From: Narcine bancroftii
Taxonomy: Eukaryota
DNA length: 64,000 nt
Direction of reading: 5' to 3'
Assembly (NCBI RefSeq): GCF_036971445.1
Contig: NC_091469.1
Span: forward strand, 268,584,001-268,648,000
Made by a program: the position numbers and the translations under genes. Positions 48,901 to 57,900 of this stretch are shown here, piece after piece (within the stretch, counting starts at the first letter, position 1; every line of letters starts with the position of its first letter). Below the pieces are notes generated by a model. It ran no database searches, was not told the DNA's origin, and worked only from the letters and a program-made list of their open reading frames with translations.

Positions 48901-51900
48901 GAGCCCTTCTTCAAGGTATAAGTAAAAAGTAAGCAGGTGTCTGAATTGGTGAGGAGGTGAGAATTGACTTAGGTTGTTGTTTGGAGCTCTCTGGAAGCAG
49001 AGCAAGGGGAAAAGGAAGAGAGAGAGAGAACTAGGGAAAAAGAAGGAAAAGGGGGAGAGGGAGAGGAAAGGAGACAGAAGGAAAAGGGGAGAAAGGAAAG
49101 GAGATACAGGGAAAAATGGGGAAGGGGGGGGGGGCTAATGGAAACCAGAGAAATTGATGTTAATGCCATCTGGAGAGTGCCCAGATGGAATACAAGGTGC
49201 TGTTCCTCCAATTTGTTGGGTGGTCTCAGTCTGGCAAATTTGACAACAATCTGTCTAAAATTTCCATAATTCTATACACATATAGTTATATTGAACCTTA
49301 TGATTCAAATTCTTTTGATTCAGCAAATGAAACATAAACCAAATTGCCTTTTTATTTTTGTGACAAGCAAGTTTATTGAACTAAAAGTGATATTCATTAG
49401 TTTTATATCCTGCCAGTGTGATTCTGCATCTGAAACAAGAATGTATGATATTAAGACATGTTATCATTGAGAAAGTCCTGTTAAGCAGCACTCTCCACCT
49501 CAAAAGGCTATAATTAGTTCATAAGTTTTCTTGGAGGCAACTCCATCAGAACATGCAAAGATTTTGACTTCTGGACCTTCTTGCCTTAATTTTGTGTGAA
49601 CAACTGTTAAAATATGTTTTATTTCTAATCTTTTTTTTTCTGATGAAAGCACATTACATTTTCTGGGATTTTGTTCGATGTGCACAAATTGTTTCTGCAT
49701 TTTTGAAATTTAAATTTTAAAACATTTTATTTACAACATGGTAGTGGCCGATTCCGGCTATTGAAACCTGTGCAGCCCAATTACACCCAATTAACAAACA
49801 ATCCTGACATTTTGGAGGGTGGGAGGAAACCAGAGAACCTGGACAAAACCCAGACAAGGAGAATGTACAAACTCCTTACAGACAGCACCGGACTCAAACC
49901 CAAGTTGCTGGTGCTGTAACAGCATCCCACTAACTGCTACACTAGCCATGCCCCCTGTAGTAATGCAGTAAAATAATTGGTGTGAAAAACTTGTGGATAT
50001 TTTTTTCTTCCTCCTTTGTGTTTTGCTTTCCTGTTCCAATATAATCTTGTGCTGCATGCAGATTTGGATTGCCCAATATTTAGGGAAAATATTCATAGGA
50101 TATGTTAATTAGTACACTAAAATACTTTTGAACATCGTCATATTTTTACACAGCTTTGGCATTTTCTGTCCTTGGATTTAGATTCAAACTACATTCCAGA
50201 TTGATCCCTAAATTCAAGTAGAATATTAACAATGCATTGTTGGAGATGTTGTAGTGGTCCGCCCATTAGCAAGTGAACTGGAACACAAAATGGTGGACTA
50301 ACACGATGAGCATACACACTAACTGCCCTCACTGGCCAGAAGCCTGCTTGGCAGGAACCATGGTCAATCAAAGACCAGCATGCCAGTGACGTCATATCTG
50401 CCCGCAGTGGCAGGAATACCCGACCCAGTGGCGGGAAGCTGGGCTTATAGAAGCAGGGCTGGGGAGATCAATAAATCAGTCTTGACTTCACTTACACCCG
50501 TGTGTGCGTCGTTCTTCTCTTGCTCTACAGTAGTGCCTTGCTACAATGTCATATTTTGAGTATTGTAGTTGCACTAGGGATGCAGTAAGTGAAAGAACCA
50601 CACAGTTGAAAGAGTTGAACCAACTGACTTTAATAGAACTCTTGCACACGCTGAAATCCCTCGGAACCCGATGATACTTGTGACTGCCAGGGCATTTATG
50701 ACATCAGCCGCTAGGCAGTGGGCTTTCTCTTCACCCAGAGCTCTTACCCGCAACTCCATGAGCCGGTTCATTTGTTGCGTGGGCAGGCCAGCACAGTATG
50801 AAGTAAAATGGAGGATTGATTTCTGTGTTCAGGAGAATGTTAACAGTTCTCCAATGTATTCATGAATGGAATAAAGTGCTACATTTTTTTTTTATTTTGC
50901 AGCATCTCCTTCACTTGATACTATCCTGTGTGAACCAGTGAACCCTAAAATTGAAAAAGAATTGATTCTATCTTGTAAAGTTCATTCATTTTATCCAAAA
51001 AGCATTACTGTCCAATGGTTCAAAGATGAGGAACCTATAAAGGATTTCACAATATCTGACATAGTTCAGAATCACAAGGATAATTTGTTTGAATTAACCA
51101 CTACTTGCACAATAATTCCAACGTTATCAGACTTGCAGAGTAAATATCAATGTCGGGTTACACACAAGAGCCTGAGATCTCCAAGCTTTGTGGAATATGT
51201 TCTTGAAAATTTAGGTATGTTCACTCTCCAATATTATACTATAATTTAAAAATAAATATTTTTAGTATATAATTACATTGTTTTCTTATTTCATAATTTT
51301 TATTTACTCAACTTTCTTTTGTCATTCCTCTTAACCTGCGTGATTATGTTTGATTGTTTACTGTTTCTGGTCAGAAAAACATTGTTGGCCAGCGTCCTCC
51401 AGTCATTGCTGGAGAGGCTGTGGCTGGGGTTTCCACACGCAGTCATACTACAAGGAAGGCAACCAGAATGAAGGCAGGAACAGAAGATCCTTTGGTTATG
51501 CAGAAGAAGCAGGAATCTGTTGAGCCAGAATCTCTTCCAATTGAAAAGATTCTTGTGAATCTTGAATCTAAATTATCTTATACAATGCAGGGATTATCCA
51601 AGATTATGACTGAACTTGGTACTAGGTTTAATACCCTGGTGAAAATACATTCTCAACAGATGGCTGAGTTTGGAGCTTTTAAGCTTGAAGTGAGAGATAA
51701 ATTTAATTTGTGTGAAGAAGATATAGACGAAATACGGGATCAAGTTTTTGATGTGACCAAAATGGTTGAAGACTTACAAATTCAAAATAAAAATTTGGTG
51801 AAAAAGATTGATTATTTGGAAAACCAATCCAGATGGAACAATATAAAGATTATTGGTTTGCCGGAAGGTATGGAGGGACCAGACCCAAGAAAATTTTTTA

Positions 51901-54900
51901 CTGAATGGATTCCGCAGGCGCTGGGTCAAGAACATTTCCCGGAAGGTATAATACTGGAACGTGCTCACAGAGCTTTGCGTAGAAGACCTATTTCAGGTCA
52001 AAGTCCAAGACCTGTTTTGGTTCGTTGCTTGAATTATTACGACAGAGAAATAATTTTACGAGTGGCTATTAGAAATGCACAACAGAGAAAATCACCCTTG
52101 ATGATTCAAAATAATCGAGTTTTCTTCTATGCGGATTTGAGTCAAGAGGTTATGTTCCAACGATGGGAATTCAACCCTGCTAAAGAGTTGTTGTGGAAGA
52201 AAGGTTATAAGGCAACCTTTAGATATCCAGCTGTTTTGAAGGTTTTTCAAGATGGTTACCAACCAAAGTTCTTTGATTCTCCAAAGGAAGCTATAGCATT
52301 TGCTCAAGAGTTGCCAATCACTCAGTTTCAACAGAGATATAGTCCGCCGCGATCTCCAAGGAGACAAGAGATGGAAGAAAAGAGCCGTGCTCCAAGAAGG
52401 AATGGTCGTAATGGTGACTCGGCAGTTGGAGCTGATTAAAAGAAGAGTTGTCCTTTTTTTTCTAATGCTTTTTTTCCAAAAAAAGGGATATTAAATAATG
52501 ATGATGTTAGTTTAAGATGAAGTGAGAGTTGGGGGAGAGAACTGGATAGGCACTATTTTCTGAAAGTCATCTGCTACGTGTGAGTTATCTCACACCCATT
52601 TTTTTTTGGGGAGTTACCGCATTGCGCGGTTTAGACGGGATGGAGTATTTTTAACCTCCTACCCGTTTTTTTTTCTTTTTTTTTTGTATTATTAGATTAA
52701 AGAGTGAAGGGTTTTTTTTTGTTTAAATAATAAAAATTTATTTTATTTTTCCTTTTTTTTTCTTGCAAAAGATATTTGATATAAGTGGTTATTCTATATT
52801 TGTGTATTATCAGTTAAGATCTTTTGTAAAACAGGTATGCGGTCGTCAAATGGATTTACTGTCTGAAACTGATTTTGAGAAATATGTGCTCTCATTTCCA
52901 AAAAAGAGTTATATATCAGGTTTGTATCGTATTTTGTTGGAAAGTGAAAGTAAAATAGATTGGGATAAAGATAAAATGAAATGGGAAAAAGATTTAAGTT
53001 TAACAATAACTGAAGAAGATTGGTCTGAAATCTGCCGTAATAGTGTTCGAAAATTGATTAATGCTAGATTGGCGATGATTAATTATAGTTTTATACATCA
53101 ATTATATTTAACACCCGAAAAATTTAAAAAATTTGGTTTTAGTAAGTCAGATCTTTGTTTTCATTGTGATCAGGTTTCTGGTACTTTTTTACATGCTGTT
53201 TGGTTGTGTGATCGGTTACAACAATTTTGGAAAGGTATTCAATCTGTATTTAATAATCTATAGAATCTTCATATTGCATTAGACCCTGATATATTTTTAT
53301 TAGGGAATATGCAACCGTTGATTGATTTAGAATTAGATAATTACCAGATCTCTTTTATTTACTTAGCGCTGGCAGTGGCCAAGAAATGTATAGCGATTAC
53401 TTGGAAGAATAGAAATGTAATGTCTTTAGATAGGTGGTAATCAGAGATGAAGTTTTGTTTGGTTATGGAAAGAATATCTTTTTCTATACAAGATAAGATG
53501 TCTTTTTATGAGTTAAAGTCGACCCCATTTATTGATTATATACAATTTAAATAAGTTTGAATTAATCATTTTTTTTAAACTTTTTTTATTATATATTTTT
53601 TCTATATACAATGTTTTCTTTTTTTCTTTCTTTTTTCTTTTTTTTTTAGTTTTTTTTTATTAGTTGGTTTTTTTTGTTTAAGTTCTTTTTGTTTTTTCAT
53701 ATATATTCTTATATAATAAAAATTTTTTGGATTAATAATTAATACTTAATTAATATTTTTTTGATTTTTATATATAGCGATCTTTTTTTTTAAGATATAT
53801 ATTTTTAATTTTTTTAAAATTATACTAATAGTATTAATTCATCACTCTTTATCGTGGGGGTGAGGGTTTAGGGGTTAAAAATAGTTTTTTTTTAGTCTTA
53901 GTTTTTAGTTGTTAGGGGGAGATGCCGAGATTGGTATTGTATTAACTATGTTACTTTGTACTTGTATTATTTTATTTTGTATTTTTTCTGTATGTGAATT
54001 ACTTACTTTCTTTATATGTTAAAATTAATAAATAAAGTTTCAAAAAAAAAAGAAAAACATTGTTGAGTTTAAATGCTCCAGTCCTCATTCAATAAGTCAC
54101 ACAACCCCTTGGTGAAGATAGGAGCCAATGTTCAGCCAGTGGAGTGTCCCAGTTGTTCCCCGTCCACAGCAGCTGTTTGAATAAAGTTGTGTTTTAATAA
54201 AATGGTAGCGCCCAAGATGAAGAGTCAGCTGATGCTGCTGGGGTAACTCTCCCTAAAAGCCAGCAGTGAAAGGAAGTTGTGACCGGGATGTACTGTTAGT
54301 GACCGGGACTGCACTGTTAGTGACCGAGACTGCACTGTTAGTGACCGGGACTGCACTGTTAGTGTAATGACTAGCACAACACTGTTTCAGTGCCAGTTAC
54401 TGGAGTTCGAATTTAAATTTTGTAAGTTATGGGAATTACCTGATAAAAGTGAACTTTACATAATTAAATACAATATTGATTTAAAAAAAAATAAATTACA
54501 TTTTGCACTGTCTTTTAAACTGTGTATTCTTAATGCACATGTAGGCATTGAAACGGTGATTCCCAATCAACCAGAAAATTTGCATATGCGACATCCGTGA
54601 TCCCCATAGGTGGCGGTTTTACTGTACTTGCCAAGACTTAATTTACACCTGCAGATACTTTTAAACTACATATCATGATTTAGGAACTCTTGGAAGACTT
54701 TGGGTTACCTAGATTTTAGGGTCACTTTTGCAATGTAGAGACATGGAGATATAAAATGCCTGTAATCAGAATTAATTTTAGAGAACATCTATGTTTAATG
54801 CGAGTGGAAGAAGAGAGCATAATACAAATTGGATTTAATTGTAACTGATCACTTTCAGGTGGGTGGATTTGGTGAGAGAAGGAACTTCAAAAATATTATT

Positions 54901-57900
54901 TCCCAAAAGAATTATATTTACTAAATACTACCCAATTAAATAACAAGTCCTATACTTGTACCTTTTATATGGTGATGTGACAGACATTGAAGCATCCAAA
55001 TTATAATGGTATTTATTTCAATTATTTGAAATCAGATGAAAGTATCTTGAGCCATATCTGAAAATCCTAAAACAGCAATGCAATGGAAGTTCAAGTTTAA
55101 TGCACCATGATGGATTAATTATTTTATTTGAAGCTATATGAAGTTTATTTCATGGTGCCTTGATTTAGAAAGACTCTGCAGCTTAAAATGTAATATAATT
55201 GATTAAAAGAGGGATTTTGGGAACAAAGTTTTTTGTGGAGTTTATATTAAATGACAGGCTTAACAGGAGACCTGTATGCATCTTTGTGTGAATTTAAATT
55301 GAGGTCTAAATATTTATAGTTTATATTGTGGTATTTTGGTTACTTTATGAACATTGAATTCATATGGAACCAATTTTTTTGTGGAACATGTATCTGAAAC
55401 AAAATTTAAGCTTCATCTCAACTTTTTTTATTCCTCTTTATTACAGCATCTTCCCCCAAAATAAATGAAATTACATGTGATCCTGTCCAGCCTGAAATAG
55501 GGAAAGAATTGACTTTGACCTGTGAGATAAAGGAGTTTTATCCAGAGGATATTCAAATCCATTGGTTCAGAGATTGTGTGAGAATAGATGAAAATCAAAA
55601 TCTTGGAATCATCAGTGAAACATTAAGTATTGAACATGGTCTGTACCACAAAATCACCAAATTAACCTGGATTCCAAGCACTGATGATCAACAAGCTGAA
55701 TACAAAGTTGAGGTTTGCCATTCAAAGTCTTCTGCCAATCTACTGAAACAAAGCTTTCAGCTATTTCTTAAAGGTAAGTTAAAATGGAGTAGATTTTAAG
55801 ACCTGTACCATTGAGAATGATTGGAGTTTTATAATATTATACAGGTAACTCCACATCACAGGAGAAGTGTAGTGGTTCTGTTCTAGAAAATGCTTCATAT
55901 TGCAATTTTCTATAATGCAAAGCAGCATCAAATGTGCATGTGTCAAGAAACGAGAGTTGAAAGAATAATTTTATATTTATTTATTTATGTACTTTCACAT
56001 AAATTTGGTGATAGCAAATCTTACTCCTAATCTCCAGTTTTTGGGTAGAGAATTCTATGCAGGTACTTACCACCATCAAAAGTATGACCCATGTAAAAGT
56101 TGACACCCACCCCCCCTCAAAATTTGACATGAAAAATCAGTCCCAAAAACTCAATTATTGATGTGTATATACTGTAAGGTGGAAGCTGCATATTCTGCAG
56201 TGATGAGCCCATCTGACCCTGCAATATATCAACATCATCTGAAAGGCTTTACTTTGAGTATAATCAAATATTGTTAAATGGATGTACTAACACTCATCTA
56301 TTGGACAAGGATAAGACAGACAAGGCACCCAATACAAATATAAATTTCCTTCAACACCAGCTACCTGCAAGTGCTGCTTCCCATGTGAATAGCACACATA
56401 AAGTACCGTGATATGTTGAATGTATTTTAATATCACCTCCCAAACCTCAGTCACCGAGATTGACAACACCAGGTTCCCGGAGCATGTTGTGGTCATCTGA
56501 AATGGGCATCCACTGCAATTGTTTCATTCTATTGGGTTTGCCACAGGTGAATTCCACTCAGCTGCACCTGTCTGACATCCAACCGGGGCAGTGGGTTTCA
56601 TTCTGCATTTAGGTCTCAGGCTGGGTATCCTCAAAGCATAATCCCCGGGCATCTGACAGCCAGTGACAATTTGACAGATGTAAAAGTCCTTTAAATTTGT
56701 CCAAAATGTACATCAATTTTAAATAAATTGTAATGAAAAAAGTAAATCATTAAAACACACACTAAAACATGAACAAATAATATTAAAATAAAATGAAGTC
56801 CACAATTTTCTTTTTCACTGGATGGTTTATTTCAATTGAATGGGGTTGCCTCTTGTACATTGATTCTCCTGGCATACTTGAAGGTGAAATGAGAAGTATA
56901 TTGGATTTTATTTGCATCTTGTATTTCTCCACCATTTGAGTCAACTAGGTGCCCAGCAATAAAGCAGGTAATCATGTATGTTAGATTCAGGGCAGATTAG
57001 AAGTTCAGGACTTCTGGACAACTGACAGCCTGATTCCTGAAGTTCCCAATAGCCCAACCCTAACTGAGTCAAAATTTTGTCACCTTCTGCTTAACAGCAT
57101 GTGGGAGTGTGTTTATGCTTTACTTCAGTTGATCAAAGGTGAGTAAAGATTGATTAACTATCTCTGTCAACCATGTCCACTCTCTAAGGATAGTTCTCAA
57201 AAAACCTTGGAAATACACTACGGCTTAATTAAGTCTTTTATGGCTATTATTTTTTTTCATTATAGGCGCACCCAAATTTTCGGACTTCAAAATGGAGCCA
57301 AAGGTCCCATTGTATGGCCGTCCTTTATCTGTATCTTCTTCAGTCTATGATATCTTAAATAAAAATATTTCTGTTCAATGGTACAAGGGATCGCAGCTTA
57401 TAAAAAGTGGAGTAATGAATTCAGATTTAGTGCATACCCATGTGAACACTTACAAGATAAAGAGTTGCCTTCAATTTTTAGTGACTGCAGAAGACTTTGA
57501 AAGGGAGTTGATCCTTGTGTATAAAGATATTTCTAAAAACGAAGAATTCAGGAGACGTATTCAGCTGCCCCTGAGAGGTGAGTGTATGGCAGATATGCTT
57601 CTTTTAACTGTATATTAAGAATTTATTATTTAACGTTTGCATTGGAAATGCCAAAGATTTTGCAATGTGTACAAGAGAATGCCTTTTGTTCATCACTTTT
57701 CACTAGTTTTTAGAAGAAACTTCTCGTCTTTGGATGTCTAATTCAATGTGGGATTCTCTACAGGAGGACTCATATCTAATAACAGAAGAACCAACAGGGT
57801 AGTTCCTCAGCTAGTCAGATTGAATAGTATTCACACACACTCACTCATTCTGTAAAGAATAAACATTGGAGGTATTATGTAGAAAGCAAATAATAATTAG

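Noticed and set aside
51354-52439. 361-aa ORF as a domesticated L1TD1-like gene
   Set aside because: It lies inside a TSD-flanked, poly(A)-tailed L1 insertion, and its listed start is outside the element. No evidence of domestication.
54279-54364. Regular 21-bp repeats as a CRISPR array
   Set aside because: Head-to-tail units with no unique spacers, no cas genes and a eukaryotic intronic context: a simple minisatellite.
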